A program made the translations under genes and the position numbers. DNA of 64,000 nt from a virus (taxonomy: Duplodnaviria > Caudoviricetes): the IMG/VR virus record IMGVR_UViG_3300048861_000178, positions 251,191 through 315,190 of that record. One strand, written 5' to 3'. This document shows, in pieces, positions 9,024-19,667 of the stretch. The notes beneath the pieces are model-generated. The model did not search any database. It was not told where the DNA came from and saw nothing but the letters and a program-made list of their open reading frames with translations. Each line of letters opens with the position of its first letter. The stretch's first letter is position 1.

Positions 9024-11162
9024 TTAGGTCGCGATCAGCTGCTGGGCCGTACCACCCGAGGTGGTCGACAGATCCGACGAACGGTTCGCCTGGATGATGA
9101 GCGTTTCCACCGTATCCATGTTGTCCGCGTAGATCTTCAGCATCAGCGTCCAGCTGTAGCCGCGTTGCGTGTCGTCTGCCGTGAAGTAGCAGTTCGGAAT
9201 GATCGTGAAGCGACCATCGAAGCGCTGGTTCGTCTGCTTCACCGCTTCCTTGTTCACCTGGTCAACCAACTGGCCAGGCTTCAGCTTGCTGTTGCCGCTG
9301 AACTTGCGACGGATACGGTCGCCGACCTTCTCGAGTTCCACGCAGCCCATCATGGTGAAGAAGCTGGTGAGCACCGAGGTGTCGTCGTCGTACACCGTCT
9401 TGAAGGCCGGGAAGTAGTACGAACGACGGCCGTACGATTCCACCCACACGAGACCGTTGTCCCAGTCGCTGTTGCGCACCGCCGCAGGCGTGAAGGTGAC
9501 GTTGATATCCGTCATCAGCGTGACTTGATTCAGCGGATCGCTGTCGAACGAGTACACCGACTTCCACACGCCGTCGCCCGAACCCATGTACTTCGCCGCT
9601 TTCGCTGCGAATTCGATGGTGAGCGGCAAACGCTTGCCGTACAGGCTGTTGATCAGCGTGCCGGAGCGACCGATGATCATGCCGCGCATCGTGGCCGTGC
9701 CGAAGTAGTCCGACTCCGGGTACATCTGCAAACGCGTGCGCAGTGCGATCGCGAGCGCCGATTCCTGAGCCGCCGTCATCACCTGGCCGCTGCCGTCGTA
9801 GACGGAGAGCACCACCGCGGTATCCTTACGGACCGAGATGAACTGGCACAGGTCGTACTTCGTTTCGAGCGGGAAGCCCGTGTCGTACAGGATCGATTCC
9901 GGATACGTCGCCGTATCTTGCAGGTACGCATTCGGATCAGCGTAACCGGCGACAGCTGCGGAGACCAGCGTGGCGAACGACGCATCGGTCATCGTGCCGT
10001 CCGAACCACCCGACGCGTAGATCGTCGAGTTCTGCGTGAAGCGCACGGCGTTAGCCGCTTGCGTGACGACCTGGAACGAATGATACGGCACGTTCTGGCT
10101 CGACACGCCCGAGACGAAGTTGAACAGATACTGCTCGCCTGCTGCGCCCGTGAAGTCGCTGAAGGCACCTGCCACCGGGAACTCGGCCGCGTAGAACATC
10201 GCCAGCACCGTGGCGACGTTGTCGTCGTACACTTTCAGCTTGCCGAACGGACCCCACACCGGCGGCGTACCGTCGGTCGGTTGCAGATTCTGGTAAGCCT
10301 GGATCAGGCGATCGCCGACGTACATTTTCTGCGTCGTCGACTTGTCGATCACGCCCGGCTTGAAGCCGAGATCGTAGTACTGTGAGCCATCGCGGCCTGC
10401 CACAATGGCAGCCGTACCGTTGGCGCTCGGCTTGTTAGCGAACGCGAAGCGGAACGGATACATCAGGTCGTCCGTGATGTACGCGTCGTTGATCGGCGTG
10501 CTCGACACCGAGGTCGGTGCCCACATACGGAAGCCGTGCCAGTTGCCTTCGGCACCGATGTGCGGCACTTCCAAATCGAGGATCGGGTAGCGCTGCGATT
10601 GAGCGGACGCGCCGTCGGTCATGTCGCCCGGAATGATCGTGCCCGCGCCGAAGGTGGTCGTGCCGTCTTCTTCCGGGGTGATGTAGGCCGTGACCCACTT
10701 CACTTGATAGCCTGCGATCGTGGCGCCTTCGCCGGTCACTTGAACCGGGTTGCCGCCTGCGTCGAGCTTGATCGAACCGTCCACGTTACGGACATAGTCC
10801 GGCACGTTGGTCGGCAACACATCGAGGTACACACGCAGGTTCGCGCGCGGCGCTGCGTCCGTCGGAATGACCCGCTCGATCATCATCTGGTTGCCCGCTG
10901 CATTGAGCGTATTGGCCAGCACGGTTTGGTGGTTCGCGTACGACTTCAGATAGTCGAACGTGTCGGCACCGTACATCTGGGTCATGCCGTCACCGCCGAC
11001 CAGCATCGGTTGGCTCGGGCCAGGGCCAGTCTGCGCAAACAGATAGACCTTCGCCAGGTGGGTCGGCAGGTTCTCCGGAATCGGAACCAGTGCTCGGGTG
11101 CTGTTATCCTGCACGCCGAGGAAGTTCGTCATCGGAGCGGCGTTGATAATTGCATTCGCCAT
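9024..11162 (-). CDS. Tail sheath protein (phiKZ gp29-like)
   Basis: 712 aa; LYDTGFPLETK and FPAFKTVYDDDTSVL motifs; sheath-tube order. Confidence 0.85.
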   Translation of the reverse strand: MANAIINAAPMTNFLGVQDNSTRALVPIPENLPTHLAKVYLFAQTGPGPSQPMLVGGDGMTQMYGADTFDYLKSYANHQTVLANTLNAAGNQMMIERVIPTDAAPRANLRVYLDVLPTNVPDYVRNVDGSIKLDAGGNPVQVTGEGATIAGYQVKWVTAYITPEEDGTTTFGAGTIIPGDMTDGASAQSQRYPILDLEVPHIGAEGNWHGFRMWAPTSVSSTPINDAYITDDLMYPFRFAFANKPSANGTAAIVAGRDGSQYYDLGFKPGVIDKSTTQKMYVGDRLIQAYQNLQPTDGTPPVWGPFGKLKVYDDNVATVLAMFYAAEFPVAGAFSDFTGAAGEQYLFNFVSGVSSQNVPYHSFQVVTQAANAVRFTQNSTIYASGGSDGTMTDASFATLVSAAVAGYADPNAYLQDTATYPESILYDTGFPLETKYDLCQFISVRKDTAVVLSVYDGSGQVMTAAQESALAIALRTRLQMYPESDYFGTATMRGMIIGRSGTLINSLYGKRLPLTIEFAAKAAKYMGSGDGVWKSVYSFDSDPLNQVTLMTDINVTFTPAAVRNSDWDNGLVWVESYGRRSYYFPAFKTVYDDDTSVLTSFFTMMGCVELEKVGDRIRRKFSGNSKLKPGQLVDQVNKEAVKQTNQRFDGRFTIIPNCYFTADDTQRGYSWTLMLKIYADNMDTVETLIIQANRSSDLSTTSGGTAQQLIAT

Positions 11163-11445
11163 TTCGCGATTCCTTAGTTGAATGGTATGGTTTCGAAGAC
11201 GATGCTGAACATCCTGGCGTCCTCTGGTGAGGCTGACCGTATCCCTCCAAATCAGTTGGCCAAAAACACCAGCTGCAGGAAAATGTCAGTCATAAGTATT
11301 TAAAATTTAATTCGCCGGGGCTGCTACAGACGGGGACTTTCGAGCTGCAAAGCGCCCAAGTAAAAATCGCCATAGGATGGGCAGTAAGTTTTCACTATGA
11401 ATAGACACTTTGGTCCACGCGACCCCAACCACTCTGGGATGAAAC

Positions 11446-12375
11446 ATGAGTATCTTCAGAACAGCCTACGACACGAAAGCTTGCGAAGGCTTCGCGGTCA
11501 GTAAGCTCCAAGGCGAAGTCGCCAAAGCAATGACCGTGGGCTGGCTGAGCCCGGTGCCCGATACCCCCATTCGTCAAGTCGATGGTAGCGACACATTGAC
11601 CTCGACCATCCCGAGCTTTTTGCATCCGCTGGTGATCGAACGTGACCTGGGTGCACCGACGGCCGCGCTCGATCTCGTCATCGACACGCGACCCTTTGGC
11701 AAATGGAATCCGCATCAGCGTGAGTTCGTGGTGCGCAATCCGATCGAATACGATCTGCTCGTGTTCCGCGCCAAGCTGAACTCCATCTGGTTGTCGCACC
11801 CGGCGGAAGTGCTGCGCGATGTGTCGCCCTTTGCCATGCAGGTGTTCTGTGCCTGGGTGAGCGAGAACGTCTCGCGTCGCTTTGCACTCGATCCGCTCGA
11901 ACAGATGAAGCTGGCAGTCTACACGGGCTTCTTCTATCAGTCGCTCTTTACCGACATGAAGGAGCTCACCGAGCGCGATAAGCTGCGCATGGTGCAATCG
12001 ATTGCCAAGAACACGCACGCGAAGAACACCGACGTGCTCGACGTGCTCGATCAGTTCACCGCACCGCTCACGGGCATCAAAGAGTTCTGCGATCGCGCCG
12101 AAGAAGTGACGGGTTCGATTCGCCTGCAAGACTTTAACGTCGGGGTGCTCTACCAGATTCTGGGTCGTACCTGGTTCGGACCAAACGCGCCGGAACTCGT
12201 CGCGGTGGCCCTCGAACATCCGCCGACCTGGCTCTCCGTCATGATGGCCGCGACCAGCGAACGCACGTTCAAGAACTCGCAGATCGCCAAGATTGCTGAG
12301 CGCTCGAGCATGTCGGTGAACCAGCAGTTCGCACGCCAGATCGTGAACCTCGTGAACGTGGCGATGGGCAAGTAA
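11446..12375 (+). CDS. Virion structural protein (phiKZ gp28-like by position)
   Basis: 309 aa, divergent from the sheath gene; AxEHPPTW motif. Confidence 0.6.
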   Translation: MSIFRTAYDTKACEGFAVSKLQGEVAKAMTVGWLSPVPDTPIRQVDGSDTLTSTIPSFLHPLVIERDLGAPTAALDLVIDTRPFGKWNPHQREFVVRNPIEYDLLVFRAKLNSIWLSHPAEVLRDVSPFAMQVFCAWVSENVSRRFALDPLEQMKLAVYTGFFYQSLFTDMKELTERDKLRMVQSIAKNTHAKNTDVLDVLDQFTAPLTGIKEFCDRAEEVTGSIRLQDFNVGVLYQILGRTWFGPNAPELVAVALEHPPTWLSVMMAATSERTFKNSQIAKIAERSSMSVNQQFARQIVNLVNVAMGK

Positions 12376-12392
12376 CTTCTCCAAGGCAGGCT

Positions 12393-14966
12393 ATGGCTTA
12401 CGATTACCTCGAAGCATACGCGCTGTCAAACGTGTGGTGTGCTCCCTACCAGGATAATCAGGCGATCCTTGAATTGGCTCGTCTGACCCCGGTGGGGGGT
12501 GCGTTCAATTATTTCAAGGTTCAGAACAATACGGTCTGGTTCCCGGTCAAGAAGACGCGCTTTCATGTCTACTCGATCGGTCAAGTCAACCCGATGCTGC
12601 TGGGGATCTACCCCAAGTGGACCTGGAATACGTTTGCTGCCGCGTGCAACAAAGAGAACCTGATGGTGGACCTGTATGCGAACAGTGGCCTGCAAATGCC
12701 GCGTACGCAAAGCTGGTACATGATCACGGAGAATCACAACCTGATCGTCGCGGTGCAAGTGCAGCCGAAGATCAACATCAACCTCGACACCGAGCCGCTC
12801 TTCTTGCGGGTCTATAGCAACGCGTATTACAAGTCGCAGGCCGCCACGGATGCGAGCGCCAAGGTCTATGTCGAGGGCCGCACGCCATTGAACACCGACG
12901 CGATCCTGACGTTGCAAAACGATCTGGCCGCGTACAGCGCCAAGCAAGGGGTGGTGTATGCGTACGTGAATGGCTACAAGGTCAGTCAGATCGATCTGTT
13001 CACGGTCAACGTCGGCGATGTGGTCGAATTCGTTTATGACGCCTCGATCTACAAGGTGGTGGATTTCAAGGTCAGTGACCTGCAGTCATTCACCAGTACG
13101 CTCGACACCAAGCAGAAGTGGCTGCTGCACTATGCGGGTAACGTCAACGAGATCGACTACGAAGACGACATCGATGTCTTCGTCTGTCAGCCGCAACCCT
13201 CCAATCGCTGGAAGGGCGTGTACTACCATCGCAATGCAGGCGACAGTCTGCGCATGGTCACGCACAAAGACTATGCGATCGTTCCGGCCTATGTGAATGC
13301 CTTCTGTTCGGACCAAGGTTGGGACCCGATGCAGTGCTACGTACGGCTGCACATTCGTAACGGCGGCTGGAATCGCTCGCTGGTGTTCGAGCATAATCGC
13401 ATCCATGAGCTCTACAAGCTGCCGGATAACCTGGTGCGTGGTGCGATGCTGGGAATCAACTCGAATGTTGAGAACTGGAAGGCAGCGAATCTGGAGTCGT
13501 CGACCTATACGCAGATCATGGGTTCGCTGATGCCAGTGCTCTCCAAAGCCGAGGTCGAGGATGCGCTGGGCTACAACGCGATCAGTAAGCTACTGGGCGA
13601 TACCCCGCAGCAAGTGCGGGTCGAATCCAGCCAGAACGTGGTGGATGTGCCGTACGGCTTGCAGGTGAAGTCCACTGGCTACGAGTACGACAGCAATGGC
13701 ACGCTGCTTGGCTGGACCTCGCACCAGGCAGGCTCGATCTACGCGTGTGGTTTTTCGAATGCGACGCTGGTGGAGCTCATTTCGGGTACCGGCAATAACC
13801 AGCTCGATGAGACCTACGGGATCACCTCGCAAACACTCGATTCGGCGACCGATTACCGGATGTACACCTGTCCGATCGTGGGCGGTGTGCCGAACAATGT
13901 CTGGACCGATGTGACGGGTTCGGGTGCGTACGCGGTGGATGCGAATGGCAAGCTTACCTGGTTGGTAGACCCGACCAAGTTCTACACGCTGGTGCGCGGT
14001 GATCGTTTCTTCTTGGCGTATTCGCTGGATCTGACGACCACTGACGGCTTGCTGGAATTTACGCTCTCGCACCGCATGCATCGCAATAACCAGACGACCA
14101 ACTGGACCATGCAGATCCCGATGGGGGAGCTGGACCTGTGGTTAAATGGCAAAGCACTGGTGGAGAACATTGACTACTACGTCAATTTCCCGCAGATCGT
14201 GATCGTCAACAAAGCGTTTCGACTGGCGAGCAACACCACCCAACACGTGGACATTCGCTTCACGGGCTTTTGCAATGCGGACCGCTCACGCACGCCGCAA
14301 GATGACAAGGGTTTTATCCAGTACGGGCTTCTGTCGGATAACAACCGCTTTGACATCCGTGACGATAAGGTGTTGCGCATCCAGGTGAATGGGGCCACGC
14401 TCGATCGTTCAGCCCTGCTGTTCCAGGAAGGCAACGCTGGGGTCTCAGCCCCCAACGCCCTGAATGGTACGCCGTACTTGGTGCGCGACATCGTGGTGCC
14501 GCTACGTGGGTTGACCACGACCGATACGTATTCGTTGCGAGCCATCGCCATGGAAACGGATCAGGTGGTGAGCGACTACATGTCGCAGTACTATCCGATG
14601 CCACAGCCCGATGGGCCGGATCAGATCGAACAGAAGTGGGCCGTCTACAGCCCCTTTGCCTGCAAGCTGCTGTACGACATGAACAATGGCTTGCTGGATG
14701 ATCCGCGTCTGTACCTGCAGTACAACGACGACGTGGTGCGCGAGCTGTGTGCGCCGTACGAATATCTGCTCACGATGGACCCGACACAACCGGCCAATAC
14801 ACCGGATCTGCGCTTTGTCGAAATCCATCCGCATGACTTGATGACGGTGATTGGTACCTCGATCTACCACTACAAGTTCTTGCTGCGTGCAGTCAACCTG
14901 TATCTGAATGGGTTGGTGAATCTGGCCAACTTTGTCAACATCCAAAACTACACAGGTGGAAGTTAA
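12393..14966 (+). CDS. Virion structural protein, probably baseplate/tail (phiKZ gp27-like)
   Basis: 857 aa, beta-rich, N-terminal NVWCAPYQD; synteny. Confidence 0.65.
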   Translation: MAYDYLEAYALSNVWCAPYQDNQAILELARLTPVGGAFNYFKVQNNTVWFPVKKTRFHVYSIGQVNPMLLGIYPKWTWNTFAAACNKENLMVDLYANSGLQMPRTQSWYMITENHNLIVAVQVQPKININLDTEPLFLRVYSNAYYKSQAATDASAKVYVEGRTPLNTDAILTLQNDLAAYSAKQGVVYAYVNGYKVSQIDLFTVNVGDVVEFVYDASIYKVVDFKVSDLQSFTSTLDTKQKWLLHYAGNVNEIDYEDDIDVFVCQPQPSNRWKGVYYHRNAGDSLRMVTHKDYAIVPAYVNAFCSDQGWDPMQCYVRLHIRNGGWNRSLVFEHNRIHELYKLPDNLVRGAMLGINSNVENWKAANLESSTYTQIMGSLMPVLSKAEVEDALGYNAISKLLGDTPQQVRVESSQNVVDVPYGLQVKSTGYEYDSNGTLLGWTSHQAGSIYACGFSNATLVELISGTGNNQLDETYGITSQTLDSATDYRMYTCPIVGGVPNNVWTDVTGSGAYAVDANGKLTWLVDPTKFYTLVRGDRFFLAYSLDLTTTDGLLEFTLSHRMHRNNQTTNWTMQIPMGELDLWLNGKALVENIDYYVNFPQIVIVNKAFRLASNTTQHVDIRFTGFCNADRSRTPQDDKGFIQYGLLSDNNRFDIRDDKVLRIQVNGATLDRSALLFQEGNAGVSAPNALNGTPYLVRDIVVPLRGLTTTDTYSLRAIAMETDQVVSDYMSQYYPMPQPDGPDQIEQKWAVYSPFACKLLYDMNNGLLDDPRLYLQYNDDVVRELCAPYEYLLTMDPTQPANTPDLRFVEIHPHDLMTVIGTSIYHYKFLLRAVNLYLNGLVNLANFVNIQNYTGGS

Positions 14967-16732
14967 TGGACGTCTTGGGTAAATCAACCCTACTGATGCC
15001 GCTGGGGGCTACCCTTGGCGCATCCCTTGGGAATACCAGCGTCACGGGCACGGACGGGGGTGTCCCCGTCTATAACCCGGACAGCGGGTTTCGGCTCTGG
15101 GCATTGTCCCAGGTCTATCGTGGTCTGGCGGGCACCAACATGTACGTCCCCAATGTGGGCGACTACGTGGTGGATAACGCACCGGGCTCCAATGCGTGGT
15201 ATCGGGTCGCAGCGCTGGACCAAACCACGCTCATTCCAACCCTCGTTCCCCTTACCACTGCCGCGACTGGGGAATTCAGCGACGACGATCTGCTGATGGG
15301 TGTCGGTCCTGGTACGCAGTCCGATACCTACCGCTGCTATCTCGATCAGAGCGTGATGCCGTTTTCGATGGCGGTGGACGTACGGCTGGTCGTGGGTGGG
15401 AGCCAGGCGTCGTACGCGAAGATCTTCAAGGGCGCAATCCTTGGTGATGAGGGTACGGTGATTTCGGCGTTTTACGATCAGTCGGGCAATCTGCTTGGCG
15501 AGAACGTACCGCTGGAAGTCGTGCAAACGTCACAGCAAGGCGTGGTCACCACGGCGCTGAAGGTCGTCAAGCAGTGCTACACCAAAGTGGCGTTGCTCGA
15601 TGGTGAGATTGTCACGGTAGTGATCTACGCGGCGGATGGCACGGTGCTCTCCAAGCGTCAGCTGCTGATCGAGAACACGGCGTTTATCCGCTCGACCGAT
15701 GCGAGCGAGAAGTACATCACGGGTATCTCGATGACTTCGCCGTTCATGAGCTCGAGCGATCCGAACACCTTGGTCTACCCGATCAATGTGCCGAAGGATG
15801 GTCTGAACCTGATGGGTCAGGTCCATTACTCGGATGGCACCGTGGCGTCGATGCCGGTCGATGGGACCAAGTTCCAGCTCTTCGGGCTGGATGCGTACGT
15901 GGCGACTATCGTCGGTCAGAAGTTCAAGCTGGTGCTCAAGTACAACCTGTCGCAAGACGAGTTGGTGTACGGGGCCACCGCGAACGTCGATGGCTCGGGT
16001 GGGGCAGCCTTCATCCAGGAAACGTACAACGCTACGACCGAGAATGTCGATGGTGCGTACACGCTCAAGCTCTTCTGCGTGCCGCGCTTTATTGACTCGG
16101 TCAATGGCTGGTATCTGGACTGGTACCTCTTTAACCTCGATCGCAATCTCGCGCAACTGGTCACGCCGTATGTGGCATTTGCCCCCAACAGTCCGGCCTT
16201 CTTGCCGCATGGTTACGGGGTGAATCAGCAGTTGCAGGTACAGCTGAAGCTCTCCGATGTCAATCCAGCCTACAAGAACGTACAGTTCACGCAGACCATC
16301 GGTCTCGTGCTCTATCGTGACGGCACGGATAAGACGGGCACCAACTGGACCATCGCGTACGATCCGGGTCAAACGCCTGCGTATGGCTTGAACACCCATG
16401 CGTCGACGACCTTCGTGAACCAGAACCTGATGCAGGTGTACATCAATCAGGGTCTCACGGACTTCGATGCGTTCCTCGATCAGGTGTACTACCCGGCCAA
16501 GCCGCTCACCGATCCGAACGTCGAGACGCAGGCGCCGGAGCCGAACATGTTCTCGCTCCTGCTCCCGAACCAAGCACCGGTGGAATTCCCAATCAGTCAG
16601 TGGGCGTCTCAACTGGCAATTGGTCAGGCGATTCCGGCAGGCAGCACGCTGGTGGTGAAGTTCTTCTTCCGCACTGCGGAGAACGATCTCGAGCTGGCGC
16701 TCTGCCCGATGGCGGTCTGGCAAACCAACTAA
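14966..16732 (+). CDS. Virion structural protein (phiKZ gp26-like)
   Basis: 588 aa, TAATG-coupled to the previous gene, convergent with terminase. Confidence 0.65.
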   Translation: MDVLGKSTLLMPLGATLGASLGNTSVTGTDGGVPVYNPDSGFRLWALSQVYRGLAGTNMYVPNVGDYVVDNAPGSNAWYRVAALDQTTLIPTLVPLTTAATGEFSDDDLLMGVGPGTQSDTYRCYLDQSVMPFSMAVDVRLVVGGSQASYAKIFKGAILGDEGTVISAFYDQSGNLLGENVPLEVVQTSQQGVVTTALKVVKQCYTKVALLDGEIVTVVIYAADGTVLSKRQLLIENTAFIRSTDASEKYITGISMTSPFMSSSDPNTLVYPINVPKDGLNLMGQVHYSDGTVASMPVDGTKFQLFGLDAYVATIVGQKFKLVLKYNLSQDELVYGATANVDGSGGAAFIQETYNATTENVDGAYTLKLFCVPRFIDSVNGWYLDWYLFNLDRNLAQLVTPYVAFAPNSPAFLPHGYGVNQQLQVQLKLSDVNPAYKNVQFTQTIGLVLYRDGTDKTGTNWTIAYDPGQTPAYGLNTHASTTFVNQNLMQVYINQGLTDFDAFLDQVYYPAKPLTDPNVETQAPEPNMFSLLLPNQAPVEFPISQWASQLAIGQAIPAGSTLVVKFFFRTAENDLELALCPMAVWQTN

Positions 16733-16749
16733 CGCTGCGGTATCCTAAG

Positions 16750-16788
16750 CGTCATAAGGCCCAGGGGTTTCCCCTGGGCTCTATGCCG
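16750..16788. terminator. Bidirectional hairpin with CGTCATA / TATGCCG flanks
   Basis: GGCCCAGGGG-TTT-CCCCTGGGCT between convergent genes. Confidence 0.7.
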
Positions 16789-16804
16789 TTAAGCCATCAA
16801 GAAC

Positions 16805-19072
16805 TTACCAGCGACTGCCTGCAGCGGTCGAGTACACCCCGTAGTTTGCGGGTGAACCAAACATGTCCACATGCGAGATTGGCAAGTCACTCGTTACCAG
16901 CATCCCGGTATTGTGGCCGAGGTACTGATTCTGTTGCGACTGCTGATACAGGTTGGAGTTCCGCACCTTATTGCGCTTGGTTTCCCGAGCGCTGCGGATG
17001 AGCTCATCCACCGAATAGATTTCATCCTGTTCGAGGATGATCTTCTTATCCAGCATACGCAGCTCCTGCTCCAGACGTGCCGCCACAAAGTCGTCGTGCT
17101 CACCCGTGAGCGAGTTGTAGATCTCTTCGATACGACTGCGCACGGTCTGCTGCTCCATGCGCCGGAAGAAGTCTTCTTGCGACTCGGTCTGCCTGGTCTT
17201 GACTGCACACATGACCTGGCGGGGATCGATGCCGTAGTGTTGCAGATTCTTGCCATGCATGAGGAACCAGTGGCAGAGCAACCAGCCGATAACCAAGTCA
17301 TCGTGTTCGCCGTCTTCGTGGTCGATCCGGCCGTTCTTGTACACCAGGCCCAGGATCTGACCCGCCAGCATCTTGTCATGCACCTTCATGCCGCTGCGCT
17401 GTGCAGCCGCCTGCAGCACCTGACCATACAAGGCATTACGACTGTTGGCACCGGAGCCCGAGGTAGCAAAGCCAAACGTGGTCTTGTAGCGCACGTAGAT
17501 GTCGGTCGGACGACGACCAATCGGTACCTTGATTTCCTTGTAGCGATCCGGATACTCGTCGTAATCTTGCACCACCTTGTTAAAGACACGTTTGAACGGA
17601 TCTTCGCCATAGTTGGGCAACATCAGGAGCAGGTAATCCAGCAACATCGCGCCAGTGGAACGCCGCTCAATGACAGCGGTGATGTTCGAGTACTTGACAA
17701 GCGTATCGCACACCCACTTCGAGAAGGTAATCAGGTTAGTCTCGTTATACGAGCCCGCTGCCACCACCTCTAGTGTCTCCACGTCCATCAAGACGAGCGA
17801 GATGTCATCGCCCCCGCCTGCTTCAGACGTATCCATGCCGAGCACGAACTTGCCTGTCGCCATGCGCGTCGCGATCTCTTCTTCCGGGATGTACCAGCGC
17901 GTGATGTAGCCGTCCGGATCACTGATCGAGGTGTAGAGCTCATCCAGTCGCGACGACGCAATCATCTCGGCAGTGGCCGTTGAGAGCGGCGAGCTTTCCG
18001 TACCCGAAGTCCACAGGTTAAAGTAATCTCGGTTCGCGTCATCGCCCGTTTGCAGCGATTCTTCAATCTTCTGCTTGAGCCACTCGTCGCTCTTACCCAA
18101 CTGACGGTGACTGAAGGTGCCGTTGATGCGGAACAAGCCCGCGCGCGAATTGCGGCGTACCATGCGATCGAGTTCGGCCCAGTTCTGGCAGTCGAAGAAC
18201 TTCTCGGTCCACGAGGCAGAGTCTTCCAGCAGCTTGTAAATAAAGCGGCCGTCCTTGTCGTCCTTCTTCCCGGCGGTGGTCGTCAGGATGGTCCCATACG
18301 GGGCGCCTGCGGCCTTGGCACGCTCCACTGCAGCACCCGTAGCAGCCAGCGCAGCAGGCAGCGCAATCGCGATGTTCGGCTGGAACGGCGGCTCGTCGAT
18401 GTGGAAGATCGCTGTTGTCAGACCGCGGCCCATGTTGTACGCACGCTTCGGGCTCGATTGCGGCACGTGCGTGTTGTACGAGTTCTTCAGTGCCTTGACG
18501 GTGATTTCTTCACCGTTTTGCGCATCTTCCTTAGTCCGCTGTGACAGATACGGCGGCAACTCCGACATGATTTCCTTGATCCGCTCAATGTTCTTGCGGC
18601 GCAAGTTATCGTCCTTCGTCAACAGGTTGATGCTGGTACCCGTACAGACCACGTTCATCAGGTAGCTCATCAACGTATCCGTTGAGAAGGACTTACCCGT
18701 CTGACGTGGCTGAATCAGCGTAAAGAAGATGTGGTTAAAGAAAGACCAGTAAAGTGCAATGTTGGCCCGGTTCGCTTCCAGCGGCACCGCATCGGAGCCG
18801 GAGTTACCCGGTGCACGTGCGATTTCCCGGAAGAAGTACCAGGGGTTGATCTTGCACTCTACAGCGATCATGTACATCTGCTCAGGCGTGAGGTCTTTGC
18901 TGAAGGGGTCTACCCCTTGCAGTTTCGGATTCACGAGCGCGAGCAAGAAGGCGTGGTTCTTGATACCCATCGAGCGATACACTGCGGCCAGACGAATCCA
19001 ACTTTTGTTGGTGGTCTTGGTGTCAATGATCGCGGTCGGATAACGGTACCAATCCTGCTCAAACAAAATCAT
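16805..19072 (-). CDS. terL: Terminase large subunit (phiKZ gp25-like)
   Basis: Walker A PRQTGKS, Walker B IFHIDE, motif III TTAG, nuclease LGMDTS and HDDLV. Confidence 0.92.
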   Translation of the reverse strand: MILFEQDWYRYPTAIIDTKTTNKSWIRLAAVYRSMGIKNHAFLLALVNPKLQGVDPFSKDLTPEQMYMIAVECKINPWYFFREIARAPGNSGSDAVPLEANRANIALYWSFFNHIFFTLIQPRQTGKSFSTDTLMSYLMNVVCTGTSINLLTKDDNLRRKNIERIKEIMSELPPYLSQRTKEDAQNGEEITVKALKNSYNTHVPQSSPKRAYNMGRGLTTAIFHIDEPPFQPNIAIALPAALAATGAAVERAKAAGAPYGTILTTTAGKKDDKDGRFIYKLLEDSASWTEKFFDCQNWAELDRMVRRNSRAGLFRINGTFSHRQLGKSDEWLKQKIEESLQTGDDANRDYFNLWTSGTESSPLSTATAEMIASSRLDELYTSISDPDGYITRWYIPEEEIATRMATGKFVLGMDTSEAGGGDDISLVLMDVETLEVVAAGSYNETNLITFSKWVCDTLVKYSNITAVIERRSTGAMLLDYLLLMLPNYGEDPFKRVFNKVVQDYDEYPDRYKEIKVPIGRRPTDIYVRYKTTFGFATSGSGANSRNALYGQVLQAAAQRSGMKVHDKMLAGQILGLVYKNGRIDHEDGEHDDLVIGWLLCHWFLMHGKNLQHYGIDPRQVMCAVKTRQTESQEDFFRRMEQQTVRSRIEEIYNSLTGEHDDFVAARLEQELRMLDKKIILEQDEIYSVDELIRSARETKRNKVRNSNLYQQSQQNQYLGHNTGMLVTSDLPISHVDMFGSPANYGVYSTAAGSRW

Positions 19073-19193
19073 GGTTGTTTCCTAGCGTGTTAGTTTATCG
19101 GCCAGTTTGAGGTCATAGTCTCACCGGGGATGACCCGTAGAAACCAGCTTAAACTGGATAATACGTTTCATAACAAGATAAGGAAGAAAACTA

Positions 19194-19222
19194 CGGCATA
19201 GGGGGAGGCCGTAGCCTCCCCC
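19194..19222 (-). terminator. Hairpin followed by TATGCCG (minus strand)
   Basis: CGGCATA then GGGGGAGGC-CGTA-GCCTCCCCC on the plus strand. Confidence 0.65.
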
Positions 19223-19229
19223 ATACGCG

Positions 19230-19640
19230 CTAGATGAAGTTGCTCTGCTTGAGCGCTCTTAATTTGTCCGTGATCAAATCCACGTACGCATCAATGGCGT
19301 AGAGCTTTTGCACTTCGTCTTCTACATAACCGGGACACAGGGCGGGCAACGTAACGGTTAAGTCACAGGCCCGTCGAATCAGTTCCGGTGCATCACTGGT
19401 CGTCGTTGAAAACAACTGGTAGGCCAGGTGTTTCTTCTTCGGCCACTGCCAGAGCGAGTAGCCCGTTTCGAACTGCAAGCGCTGACAGTAGATGGTGATG
19501 TCGTAACCCGAATGATGAATCACCCGAAGCGTATTGCGGCGATTCGTTTGGATCACGACGTCTTGCTGGAATGACCTGTTACCCTTTACGTGCTCCAGCC
19601 ACAGGAACCCTCGGGTAGCTAACCTCTTCAAAAGCGACAT
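19230..19640 (-). CDS. Hypothetical protein
   Basis: ATG 19640, co-oriented just downstream of the 413 aa gene. Confidence 0.6.
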   Translation of the reverse strand: MSLLKRLATRGFLWLEHVKGNRSFQQDVVIQTNRRNTLRVIHHSGYDITIYCQRLQFETGYSLWQWPKKKHLAYQLFSTTTSDAPELIRRACDLTVTLPALCPGYVEDEVQKLYAIDAYVDLITDKLRALKQSNFI

Positions 19641-19667
19641 GGTAGAACCTGGTCGTGCGACCAAGCC

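Noticed and set aside
11163-11445. TATG late promoters in the divergent sheath/gp28 gap (11396 plus, about 11291 minus)
   Set aside because: Plausible, but a 4-nt motif cannot be supported without TSS data.
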